A DNA stretch of 62,992 nucleotides, filler included, from Basidioascus undulatus (taxonomy: Eukaryota): NCBI GenBank assembly GCA_000826855.1. It is 3 parts of 3 records of this genome, joined end to end, with 100 filler letters (N's around TTAATTAATTAA, not from the genome) between each part and the next. Parts side by side here need not be neighbours in the genome. Positions count along the whole stretch, not along the records: positions 21,046 to 41,987 come from JTLS01000354.1; positions 42,088 to 62,992 come from JTLS01000356.1; 1 more part is not named here. One strand, written 5' to 3'. The position numbers and the translations under genes are program-made. Within the stretch, counting starts at the first letter, position 1. Every line of letters starts with the position of its first letter. The notes below the pieces were generated by a model. It did not search any database and was not told where the DNA came from. It worked only from the letters and a program-made list of their open reading frames with translations. Shown here piece after piece: positions 38,927-49,657 of the stretch.

Positions 38927-40235
38927 CCCCCGTCAGAGGCAGCATTCACACCGTCGTCTTTCGAACTTGTGGATGGACTGGTACGATAGTCCTGCATGTA
39001 ATGGCATTAAACCCGCCTTCTCCTGGAAGAGCTGTGTTTTGCCTAAATGATAATAGCTTAAAGTCTTAACTAGATGATGAGCAGGGTTGCCTCGCTGCGA
39101 CGTGATGGGCATGCAGCCTGACTGTCTTTTGAAAGTCGGTGTCACGTCTGCGTGACACACATGTTTGCCGAGGGGAACAAGTGAAGGTGAATGTTCCTTG
39201 GCTTAATTAACTTGAGGACAGCTCTAGGTATTCGTGTCCGGATTCATAAAGGCAGAGAACATCGGAGACCTGGATCGTGGCAAAGAGCATTGGTGGACGG
39301 TTTTGGTGATAGCCTCAGCAACACTTTGTATCTCCCGGTATGAAGCAGATAATGTTCCTCATGCTGCAGAACTCATGGCCTTAATCCCGTGGGAGAGAAA
39401 CGGAAGCGGCTCCGTGGCCACAGCTTAGTCTGGCAATCTCGTCTGGGCAGAGTCCATCGTCAGGTCTTGCGTGTAGATCAAAGCGGTTTCGTCCGCCAAG
39501 TTCCGCCCCTTCACCTCCCTCCAAGCCTCTTCCATAACGCGCTGCACGCCATCTGTGCCAATTTCCCTCCCTTTCCGAACCCAGGCCTCCTTGAAGCTGC
39601 GCCGTCCGCGACTCCGGTCCATCCTGCCTCCACCGCAAGCCGCATCCTCACGTTCCGAATTATTTCCTATAAGTGGGCAGCGTCTTTGATGGGCGACATA
39701 GCCGCGACGAGCGTGCCCGAGAGGAGAGCCTTGGCGGACAGCGGAGATGCGCGTGCAGAATGTAGCGCAGTCAGCGATCGAGAACTTTGACATGGACGAG
39801 GATGGGCTGGAGGATCGAATCCGGCGTCGCTACTGGGGACGTGGAGGGCGGCGGTGTCGGAAAGGGAGTTGGAGATGCAGAAGAAGAAGAGTCCGTCTTC
39901 GAGCTCTCCCGCAAAAGCCACTCCTCCCATTCACCGAGTCTCCCCCCCTTGCTCCTCATTCTCCAGTTCGCCTTCTCCGCTCCCTTGCGCCTGAGACACT
40001 CCTCATGTAGCCCAGCGCGAGTCCACCATCTCCCGCTCACGACCAATCCCACGCGTTTTCCTTTCTCTCACATCCGCTTGACCAAACGTCCTCGCGCAAC
40101 CCGAGCCGATCGGGGAGTGAATCTGGTGTCTCAATCCTTATGCACACCTCCCCCGGGCGCTACTTGGTAGGCGAATACGCGTACAGTTTGTCTCTCCTAT
40201 CGCCTCTCAGGGCTCACCATTTCACTGACGTTCAG

Positions 40236-40860
40236 ACCCGTTCAAAGCGGCTGGGTTTGATATCATCTGCGCAGCTCTTCAGGTCGAGGAAGGTGGATGC
40301 CCTCAAGCCGATCAGCGGGTCGCGGGTGACAAGAATCCTCTTTCGCGACGGCGTAGTCTACGTTGCGCTGGTCGTGCTGCTCAATGTCGCCTGCATCATT
40401 ATGTTTCGTGAGTAAAGTACCTGCATATTTCTATCCTATCCAATACTGGAATAATCTTACCGACTATGTTTCCAGCAATCAACCTCAATCCGGTGGTACG
40501 TGTGTGACCATGAAAGCAAACGCACCGTGGAGCTGACTCGCCCGAGACCCTGAGAGATGAGCTATTTGTTTGCTGTGAGCTCTCATTTCTATCACAAAAC
40601 GTCAGCTAGGAAGATTGCATGAGCTTAGGGTGTTGCAACTCAGCCGCCCACTGCCATCCTTGACGTGATTCTATCTTGCTACGCCTCTCCCAACTGTGCT
40701 TTGCTACATAAGCCCATCCTGACTCCGAATCGTCCCATAGCGCGCCATGATAGACCTCCAGACCTTTGGACTGAGCACCGGGTGACTTTCCAACGCTGAC
40801 TCCCAAGCAGGTTCTTCTGAGACTCATACTGACACTGATGACTTCCTCCACGCGGTGATA
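40236..40860 (+). pseudogene. Fragment of a basidiomycete multi-pass membrane protein (DUF6533-associated type)
   Basis: AGFDIICAALQV, frameshifted to VTRILFRDGVVYVALVVLLNVACIIMF, and later LRLILTL. These resemble the FD, RDG..Y and RLILNL motifs of this family. No intact frame. Confidence 0.4.
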
Positions 40861-41987
40861 CAAGTAACTCACGCGCTTGCCCCCACTCCCACACTCTTCA
40901 CACAATCAGTGGGAGCCACGGGCGAGGGATCCACATCACGACGGAGCAGTACATTGAGAGCGGGCCGAAGGATGGACAGGAGGACTACGAGGGGTACGCA
41001 CCCTCCGATGCGTCGGGCGTGCCTATGTTCAAGCTTCCTAAGGACGAGGTGGTCCGTGCATAACAGAGATCGAAGGAACTTTGACAGATGTGCTGAGGAA
41101 TGTTGCGATGGCTGGTGCTACGGCAGAAAGCCTGCTCAGTACCCAGTCCCGCATAAGTATTGCCAATAAGGCCCCCAGCTATCCGAGGTATCGCCTCATG
41201 ATGAAAACCCTGTTGTATAGAACAGATGTTCCTGGAGGTCTGCCCCGTCACACTTAACCCCTCTGCCGGTTGTGCAACCCGAAAAGACTGCGATATACGG
41301 ACGAGTAAGCACTGAGCATGCCCTGCCAGCGTGGCATTAATGCTCTCACTTTGGAATTTGCATTTCACACCGAGGTTTGAGCGTTAGGCGAGAGCCAGGT
41401 TACCTTATGTAATTGTTATTGTTGTTTGAACAATTCTTGAGCTTGAGAATGGAACAGGCTGCGTTTTCGCGAGGAATTTTGACAGTTGACATGTGCCGGT
41501 CACAGTTGGTCGACAGCCTGCGCTGCGCTGGCACTCGCAAAGAAGGCTCTCTCCTTATGCTCTTACGAGATCCCTAGAGAAAATGCCAATATAACAGCGG
41601 CGTGGTTCTCGTTCTCCTTGGCTGTCGCAGCAGCCTCACCAAAAGCGAGCATTCAAGGCAGCCGGGATTGAGGTCGGGGTCGGCCTGACGACCGCGTTTG
41701 TCTCACCTGCATCGCGCGCGCCTGCCTGCCTTGCCTTGCAGCCTCGACCTTCTTCTCACGTCCTCGTCGTCGCCGTCGCAAGAAAGTCCATTCACACAAA
41801 TCTACTCTCTTCCTTTCACTGCCAACTAGACAGACCTCCGCCGCTCGTTTAAAGCCCGCGACGCTCACCTGCACATGTGAGTGTCTTTACGAGAATCGTA
41901 CTGTACGCGGCAGGAGCAGCAGCACGTCCGCCCGCCGCTGCGCCCGTCCCCCTGCAGTGCTCGAATCGACCACTGAATGACACTTGC

Positions 41988-42087
41988 NNNNNNNNNNNNN
42001 NNNNNNNNNNNNNNNNNNNNNNNNNNNNNNNTTAATTAATTAANNNNNNNNNNNNNNNNNNNNNNNNNNNNNNNNNNNNNNNNNNNN
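41988..42087. other. Artificial contig linker N44-TTAATTAATTAA-N44
   Basis: Identical 100-nt structure to the first linker. Confidence 0.98.
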
Positions 42088-44227
42088 CCCTCTCCGTCTC
42101 GGGCTCCTTCACCCGCGCCGCAGCACCCACCGCCGCCGTCCAGTCCTCTATCCCACACCCACACCCGTCACCACCCGCCGCCGAGCTCGACCAAGCCCGC
42201 GCGCAGATCGCGGACCTCCAGGCGAAATACAACGAGGTCACGCAGCTCTTCCATGCTGCCAAGGCAGCCGTCGAGCAGGAGAAGCAGGGCCGGCAGGACG
42301 AGCGCGCGTCGTTCCAGGTCCAAGCGCAGGCGCGCGAGGACGCCCTACGCGCGAGGATCCAGGTGTGGAAGGACGCGTACGCGGAGCAGAAGGAGGAGGC
42401 GGACGCGCTGGTGGCGGAGCGGGACGAGGTGCGTGCAGATCGCTTTCTTTCATAATATTATGCGTTCGCACTGACTTGGATGCCGAATGGGGAATCAGCT
42501 CGTCGAGAAGCTGGAGTCTGCGGATCTCGAGCGTACCAGCGTGCTGGAAGCGGAGCGGGACGAGGTGCGTGCGGCGTGATTTCTTTCATGCCCTAGTGCG
42601 TTCGCACTGATCTGACTGTCGAATGGGGGATCAGCTCGGGGATAAGCTAGAGCTAGCCTCCCTCGAGGGGTCCAGCGCGCTCGCGAGCCTAACCGCCGAG
42701 ATCGAGACGCTTCGCGCGGAGCTCGCCTCCGCCAAGTCCAACGCCGCGCTCTCGCACGCGACCGAGTTGCGGCACGCCCAGAAGCAGTCGGCCGACGCGA
42801 CGCGCAAGTCGCAGCGGCTCGAAGCGCAGATCACCACTCTCCAATCCCAGCTCTCCGCGGCCCTCGCGCGCACGTCCACATCAGACAAGACGCTCTCCTC
42901 TCTCACCTCCGAGCTCACGGCCGTGCGCGCCGAGCGCGACGCGCTGCAGGCGTCCTCCTCGACCGCCTCTGCGTCCACCAGCAAATCCACACGCGCGCTC
43001 GAGAAACAGCGAGACAAGCTGGCTGCTGCGCTGGAGAAGGCGGAGGAAAAGCACGGCGCGCAGATGGATGCGCTCAGGGCGCAGCTGGCGGACGCGCGTG
43101 CGCGGGCGGAGGAGGCGGAGCGCGCTGCGGGGCAGGAGCGGATGGCGAGGGAGAAGGTGGAGAGGGAGGTTAAGGCGCTGAGGGAGGAGGCGCTCGGGTG
43201 GAGGAGGAGGGAGGAGGAGGAGGAAAGGTGGAGGGAGCGCGCGGAGGAGGCGGGGAGGGAGTGCGAGGGTTTGAAGGTCCGTTCGTTCTTCCGCCTGCAT
43301 GCGCTTGAGGTGATGCTGATATGAAGCGGATCATCCAGAAACGCCTCGCCAAAGCATCTTCCACTCCCGCACCCGCAGCCTCATCATCCAAGAAGCCTCC
43401 GCGCGCCGCACCCTCCTCACCCCCCGCTCCGCCTCCCGCCTCCCCAAAGCCAAAGCCCAAGCCAGAGAAGAAGCGCCCCGCCCCGCCCTCCCCTCCCACG
43501 CCGCCGCAGTCGCACTCGGACGCCGAGGAAGAGGCGTCGGAACAAGAGGAGGAGCCCGAGGAGGAGGAGGAAGAGGCGGGGGAGCCTCCCACGCCCGTCA
43601 AAAAGCGGAAGAAGGCTGCCCCGGCGCCTGCGCCTGCGAAGGAGAAGGCGAAGGGGCGGAAGAGGAAGGCGCCTGCCGTCGAGGAGCCGGAGGAGGAGGC
43701 GGAGAACGAGGAGAAGCCGGCGGAGGAGGAGGAGGTCGACGAGCCTCCCCGCAAGGCACCGAAGAAGATGTCCTCGACCGCCTCGGTGCGTCCCTCTCGC
43801 TCTGTTTGTCTTCATTCCCACCTCCCCTACTAGCGACTGACACATCCCCCGCGAACGCAGAAGAAACGCCCCCCCGCCTCCTCCACTTCCAAAACCCCCT
43901 CCCCCGCCGCCCCCGCCGTCCCCGTCCCCGCGCCCAAGCCGAAGCGCAAGCTCAATATCTTCCGCACCGCCGGGGCGGTGCCCTCCGCCGCGGCGTTCTC
44001 CTTCGGGGTGCGCTTCTCTCCTTCCCCCCCCCCAAATATCTCTTGTTCCCTTTACCCTGCCTCCATCGGTACCGGTGCTGACATGGAGTAAACCGATTTC
44101 GCAGGGCGCACAACTCGGCCTGCCCGACATCCTCAGCCCCATCAAGGCCGCCCCGCCCGCATCCTCCGCGGCGAGTCGCGCGCTCGGGAACGCCCGCGCT
44201 GTGGGGAGGGGTCCGTTTGGACGCTAG
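42088..44227 (+). CDS. Coiled-coil protein with Pro/Glu/Lys-rich disordered C-terminus, 5'-truncated by the gap
   Basis: High-GC exons with heptad-like composition, NLS-like KKRKK and KGRKRK, canonical introns, ending LPDILSPIK...GRGPFGR* at 44227. Confidence 0.75.
42414..42676 (+). repeat. Tandem duplication of a 136-nt exon+intron unit
   Basis: Introns 42429-42498 and 42565-42634 are both 70 nt and share GCGGAGCGGGACGAG|GTGCGTGC...TTTCTTTCAT...TGCGTTCGCACTGA...CGAATGGGGRATCAG|CTCG. Confidence 0.9.
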
Positions 44228-44798
44228 TGTCCTGTCCGTCCTCCTCCATCTCCACCCATCATCCTCCCGTCCCATGGTCATCATGGCCGCCAGGCACGCC
44301 CTCCATTTTCTCATGTTCGTCCCATCGCGCCATCTTCGATTTCCCGCTTTTTTCCTTGGGTTCCGGACTCGCGACTGCCTGCCCTTGCTCTGCTTCGACC
44401 TTGCTTCCACCGTTCGACCTCTTGTTGCTACCTTCACGTTCCCCGTTCCCTCCTACTTTCTCTTTAGCGCATTGCACTCTTCGATTTCTCCTTGTGCCTT
44501 TGCTTCGGACTCCGGATGCGGGATCTCTTGCCCTGCCACGCTGTTGTTACGATCGCTTTTCTTGGTGCGATGCTGCACACGTACTTTTAGTACGATACCC
44601 TGCTTAGGTCTTGCTTGCTTAATTCGCTTGGCGCTGGGTGGTCGTATGCGCGTTTATATATGCGAATATGTCTATGCCACGCCATCGAAGTGTGCGACAC
44701 GCTGCGCCCAGTCTTCACAGCATGACAACGAAGGCCGACATTATATTGGGTATCGCTACGCCCTTCACTCCCAAACACGTCCGCCCCCAAGTCACCCT

Positions 44799-46091
44799 CT
44801 ACTCATCGTCGTCCGACCACCTCGACGGCGACGGCTGATGCTCCGGATCATAGTAGTACGTGTCGTGCCCGTAGCCCTCCCAGCGCGCGGGCTCGTCATA
44901 CCTGCCCGCATAGTACTCCCTCTCCCACTCCCACTCCTCTGCCTGGCGCGCCCGGCGCGCCTGCGCCTCGGGCGTCCCCCCGCCGCGCATGAGCCCCTCG
45001 AGCTCCGGCAGGCGCGGCGGGCCCGCAGGCGCAGGCTCGTACAGCCCGCCGCTCCCCGCGGAGGACGCGTGCTCGAGGAGCGAGCGCCGCTCGACGGGCC
45101 CCGCGGACTTGGGCGGCGCGGGCGCACCGTAGTAGTACGAGTACTCGGAGGGAGGCGCGGGCTCGCCCGACCGCGACTGCGAGTACTCCGAGGGCGACTC
45201 GTGCGAGGGCGGCGCGGGGAGGGGAGGCAGCGGCGGGGAGTACGGGGGGGAGGGAGAGCGCTGGAAGTGCCGATGATGGTAGCGCCGGCGCAGCCAGCGC
45301 CACAGGAACCACAGTCCGATTACGCTTATTACGAAGAGCGCGAGCCCGATGACGGTCAAGAGCGCAATGAAGCCGCCGCGGCTGAGGGCTCTGCGTGCTT
45401 GCCGAGGGGGGGCCACGGTTGGTGAGGAGGGCTGGGGAGTCGTGGAGGTAGTGGTGGTGGGGGAGGTGGTGGAGGTTGGGGAGGTGGTCGTCGTCGTCGA
45501 GGTGGTCGTCGCCGTCGAGGTGGAAGAGGTGGTTGATGATCTGGACGTGGATGATCTGGACGTGGATGATCTGGACGTGGATGAGGAAGACCTCGTGGTT
45601 GAGGATGAGGACCTCGTGGATGAAGAGGAGGTGGTCGATGAAGACGTTGTCCTAAACGTGGAAGTCGGGCTCGAGGACGAGGGGCTGCTGCTTGTAGAGC
45701 TGGGAGTGATGCTCGGGGTGCTCGCCGACGTCGTGGGTGTAGTAAGCGTCAGGGTGGGCGTGGGCGTAAGGCTTGTGGGCGTAGGTGTAGGTGTCGTGGG
45801 CGTAGGTGTAGGTATAGGAGTAGGCGTCGGCGGTGTAGCCGTGGGCGGCGGCGTAGGCGTAGGTATCGGTGCGGGCGAGGTGGGCCCCGCCGTCGGGCTC
45901 TGTCCCGGCGCGGGGCTCTCGCTCCCGCCAAAGACCCATCCCTCACCCAGCGGGATGGAGGGACCGTAATACGTGAGCGGGAGATTGACGACCGTGTACT
46001 GCTCTACGTTCGGGACGAGCGAGTACGAGAGCCAGTAGGGCAGTTCCTGCACCGGCAGCGGCGGCGCGGCGGCGGGAGTGGGGGTCGCCAT
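44799..46091 (-). CDS. Intronless Ser/Thr/Pro-rich single-pass membrane protein (mucin/Mid2-like architecture), 430 aa
   Basis: Long PT and STS tracts, TM helix GGFIALLTVIGLALFVISVIGLWFLW followed by RWLRRR, and a Pro/Tyr-rich cytoplasmic tail. Confidence 0.85.
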   Translation of the reverse strand: MATPTPAAAPPLPVQELPYWLSYSLVPNVEQYTVVNLPLTYYGPSIPLGEGWVFGGSESPAPGQSPTAGPTSPAPIPTPTPPPTATPPTPTPIPTPTPTTPTPTPTSLTPTPTLTLTTPTTSASTPSITPSSTSSSPSSSSPTSTFRTTSSSTTSSSSTRSSSSTTRSSSSTSRSSTSRSSTSRSSTTSSTSTATTTSTTTTTSPTSTTSPTTTTSTTPQPSSPTVAPPRQARRALSRGGFIALLTVIGLALFVISVIGLWFLWRWLRRRYHHRHFQRSPSPPYSPPLPPLPAPPSHESPSEYSQSRSGEPAPPSEYSYYYGAPAPPKSAGPVERRSLLEHASSAGSGGLYEPAPAGPPRLPELEGLMRGGGTPEAQARRARQAEEWEWEREYYAGRYDEPARWEGYGHDTYYYDPEHQPSPSRWSDDDE

Positions 46092-46837
46092 GCGGACGGT
46101 CAGCGCGAGAGAGGAAGTGCAGTTGAGGGCATGAGTGGTAGATCGCCACGAGACGAAATGCTCCGGTCATGGCGAGACACCAGGCTCGAACGAAACTTGG
46201 TGTGAGGCGGGCGGCCTCCATGAGACACTTCTAAATGAGGCATAACAATATCGAGTGTACAAATTTCATTCGACATGAACGATTTTGTAGAGGACAGGTC
46301 AGTAAAGCGCGAGTGATAAGCAAACGGTCTCCGTGAGGGTGGAGCTGAGGAAGACGAGATGGTGGCAGGAGGCCAGAGCGTAAACGGATGCTCAGGCTCT
46401 GTATGATGACAGGCTGATCGTGACTGGTTGAGCAAGATACTGCAACTGCATGAAGTGGCATTCATCAGGGTAGACTCTAAATTCAATAAACGAGATATGC
46501 AATTAATTTCTTCCTGAACAGCACAGCGTGTCGTTTGTGTGCTGTTCCCGAAGCTTGGAGGACAGCTGCGGCGGGCAGTAGCCGGCAAGACCTGAGGTCT
46601 TCCTGATGGCTTCAATTCTTATTTAATGTGCTCGTCAGAATTCTGGATCACTTGATTGCGTGTATGCTCCTAGAAAGAGGGCTCGAGCCTATGAACGATG
46701 TGAGAGGCTCGCTCGGTGAAGTTAACGACAAATCGTAGTTGCAGCTGTATTGAAGCTCAAAACATTATGGTGCTCCTTCTATAACTTGGAGGCATTCTAA
46801 AAAGCGCGACCTCATTGAACAACTCGCTCCCACAAAT

Positions 46838-47404
46838 CTACAGCAACCACTCCCACTGCCACACGTCCGCCTCCCACCGCTTCCCGTGCTTCTCGAGCTT
46901 GTCGTGCTGGAACCTCTCCTGCTCGATGCTGACGTCCACGTCTACTTCGTTCTTAATCGTGATCGGCTGAGGGGCAGGAGCAGGGGCTGGGGCAACCGCC
47001 GCGGGGGCCGCTGGGGTTGCGGGGGCTGCTGCCGCCGCTGCTGCTTTCTTCTTCTCTTCTTTTTTGGCTTGATTCCCCTTTTCATCATCGGTCCCGGCGA
47101 GTATTCCGGTCTTGAGCACTCCGTCGCGGTCGCCGAAGCCGAGATCGTGGAACGCCTGGCGCTTGTCCTGGCTGCGGTAGACGCGGGACGCCTCGAGGAT
47201 GTCAGGCAGCGCGCCGTCGTGGCCGATGAGGTAGACCTTGTCGTCGTCGTCGTCGTCGTCCACAGCGGCATCGGGGGCGACTGAGTAGAGACGGTACGGT
47301 GCTGTTCCGAAGGAAGGGCGAGTGACGCCTGCGGGGCTGGGCAGCGGGAGGGCGTTGGTGAGGAGCGACGTGGCGAGGAAGCCGAGCAGGATGGAGCGAA
47401 TCAT
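46838..47404 (-). CDS. Small secreted protein (188 aa) with two KR dibasic sites
   Basis: Signal peptide MIRSILLGFLATSLLTNA|LP, poly-Asp tract, DKR and GKR sites, coding-like codon usage. Confidence 0.8.
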   Translation of the reverse strand: MIRSILLGFLATSLLTNALPLPSPAGVTRPSFGTAPYRLYSVAPDAAVDDDDDDDKVYLIGHDGALPDILEASRVYRSQDKRQAFHDLGFGDRDGVLKTGILAGTDDEKGNQAKKEEKKKAAAAAAAPATPAAPAAVAPAPAPAPQPITIKNEVDVDVSIEQERFQHDKLEKHGKRWEADVWQWEWLL

Positions 47405-48014
47405 GGTGACTGAAAGCGATTGCTGTGAAGAATGAGGATGCAGCATGGGAACAGCATGAGGCCTTTTGTAGGCCTCGGGTCGAAGGAGACAAATGAAAAC
47501 TGTTGTCAGGTACGGCAGCACCGTCACCTCTGGCACGAGACGATCGCTCGATGATTCGTCGTTACTCGGCGACCTGGAGGCTCCCTGGAATGCACCCTTA
47601 AGAACTGATTTGAACTTTCCCTTGAAAATATACTGTCCAGAGATCGTAAACAACACCCAGTGCTGCTCAAAGCGATTTCGTCGCACGTTCAGGGCCCCTT
47701 CTATCCGAAGCGTGCACTACGAGTCGCCTTCGCGAAGGGGGGTACACATCACAAAGGGAGAGGAAAACAGCGCGTCGTTTGTACGGTTGTAAGAAACATC
47801 AAAGTGAAGGGAAATCTATATCGTATCTTGATGGGGAGGTCCGATCTTCCGATGGAGAGCACGCCTAGAAATAGGGCAATGTATGCATGCACGCATGGCG
47901 AGTTTAGACAACCATCGCTTCTAATGTGCTGGAGTGCATATGGTCCTCAGGAACTGCTGAAAGGCGTCTATAAGCAAAATGCATTGCTAAACCATATGCG
48001 CTAGATAGCAAGGC

Positions 48015-48374
48015 TCACACGGGGTGGATGCGATCGTGGTCTGCGTTTTCGGCCTTGACAGACTCCGGCACTTCTGGAGGCGGCCCCATCTGCGGTGGAA
48101 CCAACGAATTCGAGTTCCTATCCGATGTCCCGAGCCCCTACGATAAAGATGAGGAACTTACGTGTGCTTTGATGCCTCCGTAGCGGCTCGGCTGGCGGTC
48201 CATGTTGGCGAACGCTTGGACGAATGCGGGCTCGTTGCGCGGGCGATGGTGTGCACGGTAACTCGACGGGTAGTTCGAGTGCAGTGGACGAGCCATCGCA
48301 GCAGTACCGAGAACGAGGATCAAGAAGAGAAAGAGGACGACTCCTCGGCTAGAGCACGCAGAGTACCGGGGCAT
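48015..48374 (-). CDS. Small secreted protein (about 95 aa), two exons
   Basis: Signal-like MPRYSACSSRGVVLFLFLILVLGTAAMA|RP. A GTAAGT donor at 48161 splices in frame to MGPPPEVPESVKAENADHDRIHPV*. Confidence 0.6.
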
Positions 48375-48981
48375 GGCAGGTTTGCAGTGCTGGAGATGTA
48401 GCGGCGACGGAAAGTATCGCTGAGAGACTTGAAGGTGGAGAAGAGGGAGAACTTGCCGCTTGAAAAACATGAATAAGGAGGATAACAAGATGGCGGGCAA
48501 GCGCGGAAAGGCAGTTCGAACCAGCATGGCTGGCAGGGCGACGCCCAGCTGCAGACGTTCATGCAGACTGCCTTCCTCACTGCTTCCCCTCCGCAGCCAA
48601 CACCCGTCGAAACAGCCGTCACCCAACATATAACTTCAACATAGCAGTTCATCAATGTGGAGACTCTCAGTACGGAGCGATGTGCCAGGATGACTGGAGG
48701 GCAGCCTGCCGTCTGCCTGTTTGCCCCTGCAGGCCGTGTGCTCGGCACACCTTGCAGCCGTGTTTCTAGTACACTTCTTTATTTTTCCGCAGCACTGTTC
48801 CTTCACATCCCTGTAAAGCGACGTCACTTTCCCCTTCCCCCCAGAAAGATCAAGCAAAGGAGGCTGTCCTCTCCCAGCCATCCCATCTCGACGGCAGCCT
48901 CGTGTGCATCGCTCGCTCATTGCCGTCAGACCAGCATCACACTTCCTACCACTTCTCTCCTCCAGAGCAATCCATATAAAC

Positions 48982-49440
48982 ATGCGCACCACTTATCTCC
49001 TTACCCTCCTCGCGCTCACGACCGCCGCGTGCGCAGCACCCCCACCCGCACCGACACCCGCCCTCTCTCGGCGCGACCTTCCGTTCTTCACCTTCCTGAG
49101 CCAGCTCGTGGGCGGCATGCCCGGAGGAGTCTCTAAGCCCAGAGGTAGCGGCGGCGTCAGGGGCGGCGGTCGCCCTCTCGTCCAGGTGGGTGGGAAGCCA
49201 CACGGCGACGGCCCAGCCAAAAAGAAGCCGTCCGGCAAGCACCACTTTGGGATACACCGCTATTACGGATTTGACAAGAGCAGGTGCAAGAGCCCGTGCG
49301 TATACTCTATCCTTGGTCCTCTGCTCGGTAACGGTTATGAGCTTTGCTGATACTGCGGACGTCGTGCCAGCAGGCAAGCGTACGACAAACAGCGCGGGTG
49401 CTACGACACTGGTCCGAATAAGCTCAGCATTCATCTGTAA
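48982..49440 (+). CDS. Small secreted Gly/Lys-rich basic protein, two exons
   Basis: Signal MRTTYLLTLLALTTAACA|AP and a short pro-peptide ending LSRR. An intron after RCKSP joins QAYDKQRGCYDTGPNKLSIHL*. Confidence 0.75.
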
Positions 49441-49657
49441 AGGAGAAGGCCGCTGGGAACAGTAGCATCGGGGTGTAGAAGAGAATGGGGGAATTATAGA
49501 GTCTCGGTGATCTGTATAAGCGACTGTCATGAAGTATCCGTGTGAGAAGAATGCGTGAACTGCAAGCAGGGTGCGATTGAACGAGTGTTCTACATATAAA
49601 ACACATGGGGGATGGAGGTTTTATACTTCTCATTGTCCATAATTCAATATAATATAA

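Noticed and set aside
45349..45969. Val/Gly/Asp-rich plus-strand ORF with GATGATCTGGACGTG repeats
   Set aside because: It is the antisense of the Thr/Pro/Ser stalk of the membrane protein. The repeats are coding and have no spacers, so this is not a CRISPR array.
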